From the human T2T-CHM13v2.0 reference genome, Homo sapiens, in NCBI RefSeq assembly GCF_009914755.1, contig NC_060925.1: 64,000 nucleotides of DNA, one strand, 5' to 3'. Positions within the stretch are counted from its first letter, which is position 1, and every line of letters starts with the position of its first letter. Below, in pieces: positions 1 to 12,385 of the stretch. The notes beneath the pieces were generated by a model. The model was given only the letters and a program-made list of their open reading frames with translations. It ran no database searches and had not been told where the DNA came from. The translations under genes and the position numbers were made by a program.

Positions 1-3000
1 ATTAAAAATCAAACTGTTGAAAGACAAAGACAAAGAGAAAATCTTGAAAGCAGCAAGTGAGAAAAGGCCATCTCCTACATGGGATCTTCAATAAGATTAA
101 CCACAGATTTCTTGTGAAGAAACCATGGCGTCCAGAAGGGAGAAGAATGACATATTTAAAGTCGTAAAAAAAAACTGTACACCAAAAACTATTTTTTCTA
201 GCAAAACTCTCCTTCAAAAATGCAGGATAAATTGACATTTCCAGATAAAGAAATATTGAGAGGTTTTATCACTATCAGACTTGCTCTACAAGAAATACCA
301 AAAGAAGTCCTTCTGGCTGATATGATAGGATATTAGAGAGCAATGTAATCTGGATGAAGAAATAAAGAGTACCTGTAAAGGTAATTAAATAGGTAAATAT
401 TTAAAAAGATTATAAATGTATTTTTACTGTAATTCTTTTTCTCTCTCACATTTGTTTTAAAAGATGACTTTATAAAGCAATAATTATATATCTGTGTTGA
501 TGGGCATCCAATGTAAAAAATCTCCATAGACAATAACAGCACAAAAGAAAGCAGAGTGAACAAAAACTATATAGGTGCAAAATTTTGCATACTCTTAAAA
601 TTAAGTTGGTATTAATTTGAATTAGATTTTTATGAATTAAGATGTTAATGATAACATCCTGGGCAACAAACATAGTAGAATAAATGACAAGGGTATTAAA
701 TTATACACTAGAAGATAACTTTTTAACCCAAAGAAGACAGTGAAAGAATAGAGAAATTTAGAAGACATAAATCATATTTTAAAAAACCAACAGCAAAGTG
801 ACATTGTAACTACCTTATCAGTCACTGTGCTAAATGTAAATGGCTTAAGCACTTCAATCAAAAAGTAGATATTTACAAAATGGAAAAACAAACAAACATG
901 ACCCCCTATAGGAGTTCTGCAAGAGACAAACTCTACATTCGAGGAAACAAATAGATTGAATGTTCAAGAATGAAAAGAAAGATACACCACGTAAACAATA
1001 ACCAAAAGAGAGCTTGAGCTCCTATGCTAACATCAGACAAAATAGACTTTAGACAAAATTTTTAGTAGAGACAAGAATATTTTAAGATATCAATCCATCA
1101 GGAAAATAAAACAATTATAATCATGTATGTGTCTAACAACAGTAAAATGACAAATTTAAAGATTTAAAGAGAAAAATTCACCATTTAACAACAATAGTGG
1201 AGACTTCAATATCCTACTTTCAATCATGGAGAGAGCAACTACACAGAATACAAACAGAAATGGAAGACCTGAATGACTTTATAAACCAATTAGACTTAAT
1301 AGACACCAACAGAACACTCCACCCAACAACAACAGAATACAAACTCTTCTCAAGTGCATATGGTACATTCTCCAGGATAGATTATATGTTAGGCCATAAA
1401 ACAAGTCTCTATAAATTTAAAATAACTGAGATCATGCAAAGTATATTCTTGGATCACAATAGAAAAAATTAGAAATCAATAACAGAAGCAAATTTGTAAA
1501 ATTAACAAATGTGTGAAAATTAACCCATTCCTAATAACTAATGATCAAAGAAGAAATTACAAAAAGATTTAAAAATCCTTTGAGATTAATGGAAGTGAAC
1601 ATGCAACATATCACACTTTATGGGATTTAAGTAGTGTTTAAAGTGATATTTAGAGCTGTAAACACTTATATTTAAAGAGAAATTTATTAAATCAATAACC
1701 TAATCTTCTACCTTAAGAAACTAGAAAAAGAAAAACAAACTCAACCTAAAGCTAGCAGAAGAAAGGAAATTATAAAGATTTGAGCAGACAAATAAAATAG
1801 AGAATAGAAAAACAACAAGAAAAACAACAAAAGTTGATTGTTAGAAATTATTAACAAATTTGACAAACATTCAACTAGACTAGCCAAGAAAAGAGATGAC
1901 TCTAATGATTAAAATCAGGAATTAAAAAAGGGAAATTACAACTGACTTTGCAGTCACAAAAAAGGATCATAAGGGATACTATGAACAACTGTATGCCAAA
2001 AATTAGACAACCTAGATAAAATAGACAAATTCCAAGAAACACACAAACTATGTAAACTGACTTAAGAAGAAATTAGCAATCTGAATAGATCTATACCACT
2101 AAAAGAGATCAAATTAGTAATTTTTTAAAAATTTCCACAAAGAAAAGCTTAGGACCAGATGCTTTCATTGGCGAATTCTACCAAACATTTAAAGAAGAAG
2201 TAGCACCATTACTTCACAAGCCCTTCCAAAAAATAGAAGAGGAAGAAACACTCTCCAAATTACTCTATGAAACCAGTATTACCCTAATACCAAAAACATC
2301 AAAGACATCAAAAGAAAACTATAGGCCAATATGCCTTATGAATACAGATGCAAAAGTCTTCAACAAAATTCTAGTGAACCAAATACAGTACTAACAAAAA
2401 GGATCATACATCATGAGCAAGTGGAATTATCACAAGGATGCAAGGCTGGTTCAATGTACGAAAAGTAATCAAGTAATACACAAACTTGGAAAAATAAAGG
2501 ACAAAAACGTCATGATCATCTTAATAGCTACATAGTCAAAGTTAACACTTCATGATAAAATTTTTAAAAAGCAACTAACTATTAAAGAAGACAACTTCCT
2601 CATCTAATAAAGGGTATCTGTGAAAAACCAACAGCTAACATCATATTTAGTGGTGAAAAAATGCTTTTTCCCTAAGATCAGGAACAAGATAACAATGTCC
2701 ACTTTTGCCACTTCTAGTCAACATTTTTCTGTAGTTACCAGACAGGGCAAATAGGCAAGCAGAAGAAATAAATCTTTCCATATTGAAAAAGTAGAAGTAA
2801 AACTATCTCTTGTACATAGAAAACTCTAAGAAATCTACTAAAATCTATTAGGAATTATAAATGAGTTCAGCAAAGTTGCAAGTTGCAATATCAATACATG
2901 AAAATCAATTGCATACCTACTGCATTTCAGTAGCAATGAAAATGCTGATAATAAAATCATACACAGTCCACTGTATTTTAACTAAGTGGCAAAGAAAATT

Positions 3001-3240
3001 AAATGGAAAAAGAATACTCTTCTTTCCAAGAACGGTCCTGGAATATTGGATATCTTATGTTTTTTAAAGCACCTGAAAACATATCATGCACCTTATGTAA
3101 AAGTTTAACTCAATATGGATAATAGAACTAACCTAAAACTATAATATAGCTAGAAAAAATTACAGGAAAATTCTTTGTGACCTTGACTTGGGCAAAAATT
3201 TCTTTGACAAACAACAAAAACACAATCATACAAGAAGAAA
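1..3240 (+). mobile_element. Old L1 (L1M-type): ORF1 3' end, inter-ORF spacer and degenerate ORF2 EN/RT with internal deletions
   Basis: L1-like sequence throughout. ORF 1197..1472 (HPTTTEYKLFSSAYGTFSRIDYMLGHK) is an L1 endonuclease remnant. Many stops and frameshifts. Confidence 0.9.
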
Positions 3241-3526
3241 TATAATCGTGGCATTGGATTGGATAACTTCGACAAATTTCTTTAGGAAAGACCCTGATGA
3301 ATTGATTCAGATTTCCTTAGGAACAAGGTAGAAGTTGAAAGAGCTGAATAGTCTGTGGGCATCAAATGTCTACAATTCACAGTCACAAGTAAGAGCTACC
3401 AGAAATATTACAACAAAGAAATGTCCAGAAATAGCAGCCAGAGACAGATCTTAGGATATGCATCAAAGTACTCTAAGTATTTTAGGGGAAAAGTGTTTTA
3501 AAATATCTTAATATTAATGATGACAA

Positions 3527-3735
3527 TGACAGCTAATAACTATTGCATACTGAGTAGCAGGCCCTGTTCTGTGTGCTTTATGTATATTATTTTATTTAAT
3601 CCTCATAAAAACACTATGGAAAGATATTCTTTTGATGCTAATTTTAAAGATGAGGAAACTGAAGCATATAGATATTAAGAAATTTGCCCAAGGTAAAACA
3701 GGTCATAAATGGGAGAGCTGAAACATGTTCTCAAG
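3527..3735 (-). mobile_element. MIR SINE
   Basis: gatgaggaaactgaagc...ttgcccaaggt is the reverse complement of the MIR core. Confidence 0.8.
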
Positions 3736-3769
3736 GACATTAAGAGAAAGGAAAACGACAGGACCAATC

Positions 3770-5830
3770 TCACTTGGTAGCATAGGCATGAAAATTATAT
3801 CTCAACAAATTAAATCTGCCATGTCTTGAAAAATACATAATATACAAGTAGAAAACCCTAAACAATTAGGAATAGGTGGGAAAGTTTTTAACGTGATATG
3901 GCAAACATCTTATTTAAAGGAAAAAATGTAAAGCCATTTCCATTAAAGCAATGACAAGTTGAGGATGCTTGCTCTCACTGCTTTTTTTTCCAAGATTGTT
4001 AAAGGAATGTCTAGACCTCACAATCAGACAAAGAAAAGAAGTAAAATCCATAAGAATTAGAATGACATAAATATATTATTTGCAAATTACATGGTTTTCT
4101 ACCTCAACAATTCAAATAAATCTATAGTCAAATATTCGAATTAATGTGTTCCAAAATGGTGTTGGAAATAAGAATGATATATAACAATTTATAATATTTC
4201 TTTATATCAGCAATAAATATAAAATGCAATTTAATAAAAGATACTATTTACAATAGCACCAAAACCTTGAGATACCTAGGAATAAATTTTATATTTATCC
4301 CTTTTATTATAAGTTATGAGTATTTTATTTATAGAAATTTACTAAAAGACATAAAAGAAGATCTAAATAAATAGAATGATATACTATGATCATGGATGAA
4401 AAAAATCAGCATAACAATATAAATTATCCCTAAGCTGTTGTATAAATTTAATTCAATTCCAATAAAAAATCTCAATAAACATTTTTATATAAACTGATCC
4501 TAAAATTCATTTGGAGGAGTAAGACCTAACAATAGCTGAAGAAGGCTGGTAAGAAGGAATCCACTGCAAGATATCAAAAGATAATCAAGTGCTATAGCTT
4601 TTGGCAAGAAGTTAATCAAATTGACCTCTGAAACAAGATGTTAAACACACTACCATCAAATTGGAGCTTGAGATACAGTAGAGGTGGCTTTAAAAATCAG
4701 TGAGGAAATAATGTGTGTTCAATAAAAATCAGTGGGACAAGAATGTGCCAATAAAGATAAGTTAAAATTAAATCTCTACCTCACACATTATACAAAAATT
4801 AATTTCAGAAAAAATAGAAGGCAATATATATCATGATAAAAGAGAATTTCTTAAGTAAGATATAAAACTATCTGAACCATAAAAAGTAACTGATATATTC
4901 GCCAATGTTAAAATTTAAAACTCTTGTGTGACAGACCAAAAATACAAAAAATTTTAAAAGTCAAACCACTGAAGGAAATATTTTTACAATCAATATAATT
5001 AAAACATGTAAAATGCAGATTATAAGTGTAACTTTTACTGACAAGGAAATGCAATGGAAAATTTAATGAAAGATATACCAGAACAAGCAATTCACAGAGG
5101 CGAAAACTCAAATGCCATATGTTTCAATATTTTAATAGTTACTAAAGAAATTAAAATTAAAACGAAAATAAGGGAGTATTTTATACTCATGATTTTGGCA
5201 AAAATGTTGGAAAACAAAACATGTTGATAACACAGGCAAATGGGTATTTTACCTGTTGCCATAGGAAGGCAAATTGGTTCAACCACTTTAGATAACAGTT
5301 TGGCGATATATCAAAATGGAAGATAAGAATACTTAAGAAGCCTATGATACCTTTCACTGTGCTTTTTCTGTGCAAATTCTCACAAATGCACACAAGGAGA
5401 CATACAAAATATTAATTGCAATCTTCTATAAATTATATAAAGAGAAAAGCTAACTCTCCACATGGAAACAAATACATAATCCATACTTTTTTTTATAAAG
5501 TGGAATACTAATAGAGAAACTAAAATGAATGAACAAAATATCAAAATGGGTAATTCTCAGAAAAATTATTTATGAAAAAGGCAAGTTGAAGATATACTCT
5601 GTATTTTTATATATGTGCATATATATATATGAGCACTTACATAAATACTAACAACATAAAGATAACAGCATGTGTTATATTATTTTGAGATACTTACATA
5701 TTGAACTATTTGAAATAGCCAATGTTTGACCATTTTTAATCTATAAGAATGGCAATTGTATATTTTTCAATCTAATAATAAAAGTATAAGAACACACATG
5801 ATAATGATAAATGTAAATGCAGAATGTGGG
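3770..5830 (+). mobile_element. Ancient L1 (L1ME-like) ORF2 and 3' remnants
   Basis: Degenerate L1 ORF2 motifs (atacctaggaataaat, taaatttaattcaattccaataaaaa, taaaattcatttgga). Confidence 0.7.
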
Positions 5831-5932
5831 AGGAGGTTGTTGATGAATTTTTTTGTTTAAACATACTTTGAAATTTCAAAGCCATAAATGTCTATTACCT
5901 GGAAAAATCACTGATATTTTAAAAAGTTATTA

Positions 5933-8900
5933 GTAAACACTCCTCAGCAAATGCAAAAGAACTGAAATTATAACAGTTTCTCAGACCACAATGCAATCAA
6001 ATTAGAGTTAAGATTAAAAAACTCACTCAAAACCACACAACTACATGGAAATTGAACAACCTACTCCTGAACGACTCCTGGGTAAATAATGAAATTAAAG
6101 CAGACATCAAGAAGTTCTTTGAAACTAATGAGAGCAAAGAAACAACATACCAGAATCTCTGGAACACAGCTAAGGCAGTGTTAAGAGGGAAATTTATAGC
6201 ACTAAATACCCATATCAGAAAGCTAGAAAGATCTCGAATTGACACTCTAGTGTCACAATTAAAAGAACTAGAGAAGCAAGAGCAAACAAATAAAAAAATC
6301 TAGGAAAAGACAAGAAACAACTAAGATCAGAGCAGAACTGAAGGAGAGAGAGACACGAAAAACCCTTCAAAAAATCAATGAATCCAGGAGCTGTTTTTTT
6401 TGAAAACAAACAAACAAACAAACAAAATAGACTGCTAGCTAGACTAATAAAGAAGAAAAGAGAGAAGAATCAAATAGACACATAAAAAATGACAAAGGGG
6501 ATAACACCACTGACCCCACAGAAATACAAACTACCATCAGAGAATAGTATAGATACCTCTACACAAATAAACTACAAAATCTAGAAGAAATGGATAAATT
6601 CCTGGACACATAAACCCTCCCAAGGCTAAACCAGGAAAAGTCGAATCCCTGAATAGACGAATAATGAGTTCTGAAATTGAGGCAGTAATTAATAGCCTAC
6701 CAACCAAAAAAAGCACAGGACTAGACAGATTCACAGCTGAATTCTACCAGAGGTACAAAGAGGAGCTGGTACCATTCCTTTTGAAACTATTCCAAAAAAT
6801 TGAAAACGAGGAATTCCTCCCTAACTCATTTTATGAGGCCAGCATCATCCTGATACAAAAAACCTGGCAGAGACATGACAAAAAAAAAAAAAAAAAGAAG
6901 GAAAACTTCAGGCCAACATCCCTGATGAACACTAATACGAAAATCCTCAATAAAATACTGACAAACCAAATCCAGCAGCATATCCTTATCCACCACGACC
7001 AAGCTGGCTTCATCCCTGGGATGCAAGGGTGGTTCAACATACACAATCAATAAACGTAATCTATCACATAAACAGAACCAATGACAAAATCACGTGATCA
7101 TCTCGATAGATGTAGAAAAGGGCTTCAATAAAATTCAACACCCCTTCTTGTTAAAACTCTCAATAAACTAGGTATTGATGGAACATATCTCAAAATAATA
7201 AGAGCTATTTATGACAAACCCACAGCCAATATTATACTGAATGGGCAAAAGCTGGAAGCATTCCCTTTGAAAACTGGCACAAGACAAGGATCCCTTCTTT
7301 CATCATTCCTATTCAAGATAGTATTGGAAGTTCTGGCCAGGGCAATCAGGCAAGAGAAAGAAATAAAGGGTATTCAAACAGGAAGAGAGGAAGTCAAATT
7401 GTCTCTGTTTGCAGGCGACATGATTCTATATTTAGAAAACGCCATTGTTTCAGCCCCAAAATTCCTTAAGCTGATAAACGACTTCAGCAAAGTCTCAGGA
7501 TACAAAATCAATGTGCAAAGATCACAAGCATTTCTATACACCAAAAATAGACAAGCAGAGAACCAAATCATGAATGAACTCCCATTCACAATTGCTACAA
7601 AGAGAGTAAAATACCTAGGAATACAGCTAACAAGGGACGTGAAGGAGCTCCTCAAGGAGAACTACAAACCACTGCTCAAGGAAATAAGAGAAGAAATAAA
7701 CAAATGGAAAAACATTCCATCGTCATGGATAGGAAGAATCAATAACATGAAAATGGCCACACCACGCAAAGTAATTTATAGATTCAGTCCTATTCCCATC
7801 AAACTACCATTGACTTTCTTCACAGAATTAGAAAAAACTAATTTAAATTTCATATGGAAATAACAAAGAGTCCATATAGCCAAGACAATCCTAAGCAAAA
7901 AGAACGTAGCTGGAGGCATCATGCTACCTGTCTTCAAACTATACTACAAGTCTACAGTAACCAAAACAGCATGGTACTGGTACCAAAACAGACATATAGA
8001 CCAATGGAACAGGTCAGAGACCTCAGAAATAACACCACACTTCTACAACCATCTGATCTTTGACAAGCTGTACAAAAACAAGCAATGGGGAAAAGATTCC
8101 CTATTTTATAAATGGTGCTGGGAAAACTGGCTAGCCTTATGCAGAATACTGAAACTGGAACCTTTCCTTACACCTTACACAAAAATTGACTCAAGATGGA
8201 TTAAAGACTTAATTGCAAAACCCAAAATCATTAAAACCCTAGAAGAAAACCTAGGCGATACCATTCAGGACATAGGCATAGGCAAAGATTTCATGTCAAA
8301 AATGCCAAAAGCAATTGCAACAAAAGCAAAAATTGCCAAATGGGATCTAATTAAACTAAAGAGCTTTTGTACAACAGAAGAAACTATCATCAGGGTGAGT
8401 AGGCAACCTACAGAATGGGAGAAAATTTTCGCAACCCATCCACCTGACAAAGGTCTAATATCCAGAATCTGCAAGGAACTTAAACAAATGTACAAGAAGA
8501 AAACAACCCCATCAAAAAGTGGGCAAAGGATATGAACAGACACTTCTCAAAAGAAGACATTAATGCAGTCAACAAACATTTTTAAAAAGCTTAACATCAC
8601 TGATCATTAGAGAAATGCAAATCAAAACCATGAGATACTATCTCATTTCAGTCAGAGTGGCAATTATTAAAAAGTCAAGAAACAACACGCTAGTGAGACT
8701 GTGGAGAAACAGGAACACTTTTACACTGTTGGTGGGAATGTAAATTAGTTGAACCATTATGGAAAACAGTGTGGTGATTCCCCAAAGACCCAGAACCAGA
8801 AATACTATTTGACCCAGCAATCCCATTAATGGGCATATACCCAAAGGAATATAAATTATTCTACTAGAAAGACACATGCACACATATGTTTACTGCAGCA

Positions 8901-9357
8901 CTATTTACAATAGCAAAGACATGGAACCAACCCAAATTCTCATCAATGATAGACTGGATAAAGAGAATGTGGTATATATACACCAAGGAAAACTATGCAG
9001 CCATAAAAAGGAATAAGATCATGTCTTTTGCAGAAACTCTGATGAAGCTGGAAGCCATCATCCTTAGCAAACTAACACAGAAACAGAAAACCAAACACCA
9101 CATGTTCTCACTCATAAATGGGAGCTGAACAATGAGAACACATGGACGAAGGGAGGGGAACAATACACACCAGGGCCTGTCAGGTGTGGGGAGGGGAGAG
9201 AGAGCATCAGGACAAACAGTTAAGGCATGTGGGGCTTAAAACCTAGATGACAGGTTGATAGGTGCAGCAAATCACCATGGCACGCATATACCTATGTAAC
9301 AAACTTTCACGTTATGCACAAGTATCCCAGAACTTAAAGTGAAATAAAATTTTTTTT
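5933..9357 (+). mobile_element. 5'-truncated primate L1 (L1PA8-L1PA11-like), 3.4 kb, inactive
   Basis: ORF2 fragments at 6052, 6664, 7267, 7921 and 8886. The RT motif FADD is mutated to FAGD. L1PA-type 3'UTR. TSD aagttatta at 5924-5932 and 9358-9366, with a TTTT/AAAA endonuclease site on the left. Confidence 0.95.
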
Positions 9358-9622
9358 AAGTTATTATAAATGCTAAACTCAATAAATGGAAATAAAAACA
9401 AATCAAGTTATTAAGACTAGCTGTGTCCTTGAAAACTAAAACAAATTTAAATTACAACTAGAAGTAAAGTAATAATTGGCATAGATGCTTATAAATAGAT
9501 ATAGCTGCCCACAGATTATACAGAACTAAAGATAATTTCTTGTTAAATTTTTAGAAAAAATTCTAATATGATATCAAAGTAATAATCCTCATTATTTTCA
9601 AAACAACAAAGCTTAAAAGACT

Positions 9623-9889
9623 AGCTGGGCTTGATGGTTCATGCCTATGCTTTGGGTGGCTGAGGTAGGAGGATTGCTTCAAACTGGACTGGACAACATA
9701 GTAAGAACCATCTCTACAAAAAAAAAAAAAAAAAAAATTAGCCAGGCATGGTGGTGTGCACCTGTACTCCCAGCTATGCAGTAGGCTATGACAGGAGGAT
9801 TACTTGAGACTGCACTAGGATACGATCATGCCACTGCACTCCAGCCTGGGCGACAAAGCAATACTACATCTTAAAAAAAAAAAAAAAAA
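9623..9889 (+). mobile_element. AluJ-type SINE with deletions in both arms
   Basis: Dimeric Alu with ggaggattgctt, an A-rich linker and an A tail. Confidence 0.88.
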
Positions 9890-10905
9890 GACAGTATTTT
9901 GACAATACCATTAATAGATTTATATATGTAAAAAAACAAATTCTCAATGTGGTACCATAAAAAAATAGATCTGTGTCCATTCAACCAAAATATAACAGCC
10001 TTTCATTATTTCTATTAAGAACTCAAATTGAAATTAAAATTAAAATTATGCATCATGGGGTCAGGTTAATTATCTGATCTCTGTTTAGTGTGACACTAAG
10101 AATATTTTATTTTGTAACAAAATGAAAATCAAATAATGAAATCTAAGTTTTTAAATATGATGTCTCTAGAATGAAGAACCAAAGCAGTTTATTTGTTTTT
10201 AATGCTCACTGCAGTAAGGGTTTTATGCCAAAAAATTACCATATGTTTTCTGCTTTTATTATCATTGTTAAGATTTTTAGACATTGGGGGTGCTGCTCTA
10301 CACGGAGTAGCCATTCTTTATTCCTTTACTTTCTTAATAAACTTGGTTTCACTTTACTCTATGGACTCACCTTGAATTCTTTCTTGAGTGAGAAAGAATT
10401 TTTTAAGATGTTCTTAGATACATATTTTAGGATTTTTATTGCTGATTACAGATTTAAAACTATGAAATGTGCATTGCTTGGCAAGTAACACAAGTAATTC
10501 TTTACTTATGCACATTTCCAATAAAAGCTTAAAGAAACAGACAAAAAATATAAAGGACAAGAGAAAGACGAATGGCAATAGCTTCAAAACAAAAGGATTT
10601 AGTAACAGAAAGAGTCTCCACAGCTAGTGTCTGTCAAAATTTAAGATTATCCAAACTGCAAATGCTCAACTCAAATCAACATCATACACTGAACTATTAA
10701 TACTTGTTCCTTGAAGTTGCAAACAAGAAGCCACCACATACATGTATGGTCACACAAACCACCTAATTTGCTCAAGGTTCAGCTTAAAGCAACATTTAAT
10801 ATCCTTTACAAGATGGAATTTTTGACAAGTTCAAAAGGAAAACTTGCTTTGTTTTAATGTATCTCTTGGGGTCTGGATCTGGACCTCTTTCTGGTAACAT
10901 CTTTC

Positions 10906-10925
10906 TGGTGAACCATGGAAGGGAC
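10906..10925 (+). promoter_or_regulatory. Degenerate primer-binding site (tRNA-Arg-like)
   Basis: TGGTGAACCATGGAAGGGAC just after the U5 end resembles TGGCGACCACGAAGGGAC, the complement of a tRNA-Arg 3' end as I recall it. Confidence 0.55.
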
Positions 10926-12304
10926 AACACGGAGGAGACTCCCCTGACCCAAAGGAAATAGACTTCAGCACTTATTGGCTGACTCTGGGTAAGTGGGGTA
11001 CATTTGCTTGGGTAAAGGATGGAAATGGGTTAGAGGCCTAATTTAGGGGCGTTAGAGTCTCTCTTAAGACAGAGGTGGTTAAAGGCCCCTCTTAATAAAA
11101 GACAAGGACACTTGACAGAACATGGATTCAAGGCCCAACTTAAGAAGGTTAGAGTCCTTCCTAAGATTTAGGGGGTTTCAGGCCCCTCTCAGTAAAGTCC
11201 CTCTCAGCTAATAATGGGTTTGGCAATACGAGATATTAACTGCTATTCTCGTTGGGTTAATCTGCCTTGCCCTCTTTGCTGATGGCTGTGGGTGACATAA
11301 TTAGGCATGCATGTGAATGTGGGACTTGGGGAGCTTTTTCCTCCCAAAAGGGGGATGTTTGAGAGCTAATGGGACTACTGGAAAAGATCCCTTCATGACA
11401 GATCCCTTCAAGCGGCAGCCTGAACTTTTGCGCAATGGGAGGGTCTTTCTCTGGTATCCTTGATTATTTTGCCTTCCCCACCCTGCTGTATGCAGCCAAT
11501 GCTTTTCTTTCTTTCTCTCCTTTCCCTTTCTTACCTTTTCTCTTACTCAGGGTGACCATCTTGCCCAGAGACCACATGTTGAAACTTCTGGTCAGAGGTT
11601 GGATTAATGATGACAGGGTCCAACCAGGGGCAAATTTGAGCCTTGTTAGTTTGATATTGGGTGCTGAGCAGAGTGGCTAATGTCTATGTCACACATATTT
11701 TGCTCTGGCCAGGACAGAAAAAAAGACAATTTTCCTTTGTGTTGCAGCTTGGCCCCCAGGGCTATGATGCGTCAAGCTGGGTCACTAGGACTGCTCAGGG
11801 AAAGGGAACCCAGAAGCCTGGCATGCCAGCAAAAGGGTAAGAATTTCTTACCAGTGAGACTTCTGTCCTCTCTCTTTCTCTCTGTGCAAACTAGTTCAAA
11901 GAATGGTAAAAATCACTGTTTATCTCCTCTGTAAAGTTCTGATTAATGTGAAAAAGGATTTGTGAGGCTAGTTTTAAGCTACAGTGAATCTGTTGTACTT
12001 TGCACTGTGAATTTGTCTTCCTGTATATTTCTGTTAGAAAGAGGGGTACCTTAGGATAGAACACAAGCTTAGGACCCCATAAGCCTACTGTTCAAGACGG
12101 CCCAGCAAACTGGCTAGTTATGTCCTTGGGAGCTTGACCTTGTGACCACATGGCGGTACTTTCTCTAGGTCTCTACCATCCAGAAAACAGGAATTTGGGG
12201 GTTCATGTCATAGTTAGCTCTACAAAATTATCTTGAGCATTTAAAACCTTTGCAAGCTCAAAATCTGCTGCTCTAGACTCCTTCTGGGAAGAGCAATGGA
12301 AACT

Positions 12305-12385
12305 GCCCAGTGAGTAGCTCAGTAGCTGAGGCTTTCTTTTCACAATGGTGACCCAGGTTCAGGGTTCAATTCCCAGCTTAGGGAA
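12305..12385 (+). pseudogene. tRNA-Glu(TTC)-like relic embedded in the ERV internal region
   Basis: gtagctcagtagc...tttcac...gacccaggttc(agggttc)aattcccagcttagggaa resembles tRNA-Glu ...CTTTCAC...GGCCCGGGTTCGATTCCCGGTCAGGGAA. Stems are degenerate. Confidence 0.55.

Noticed and set aside
5893-5912. Possible recursive splice site on the minus strand (tttttccag|gtaata)
   Set aside because: Short pyrimidine tract and weak donor; expected by chance and not testable without RNA data.
6052-9128. Largest ORFs in the track (129-204 aa) as a protein-coding gene
   Set aside because: They are frameshifted pieces of L1 ORF2 in a 5'-truncated element with a mutated catalytic motif (FAGD).
12305-12385. 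Functional tRNA gene
   Set aside because: Stems are degenerate and the T arm contains a duplication; kept only as a relic.
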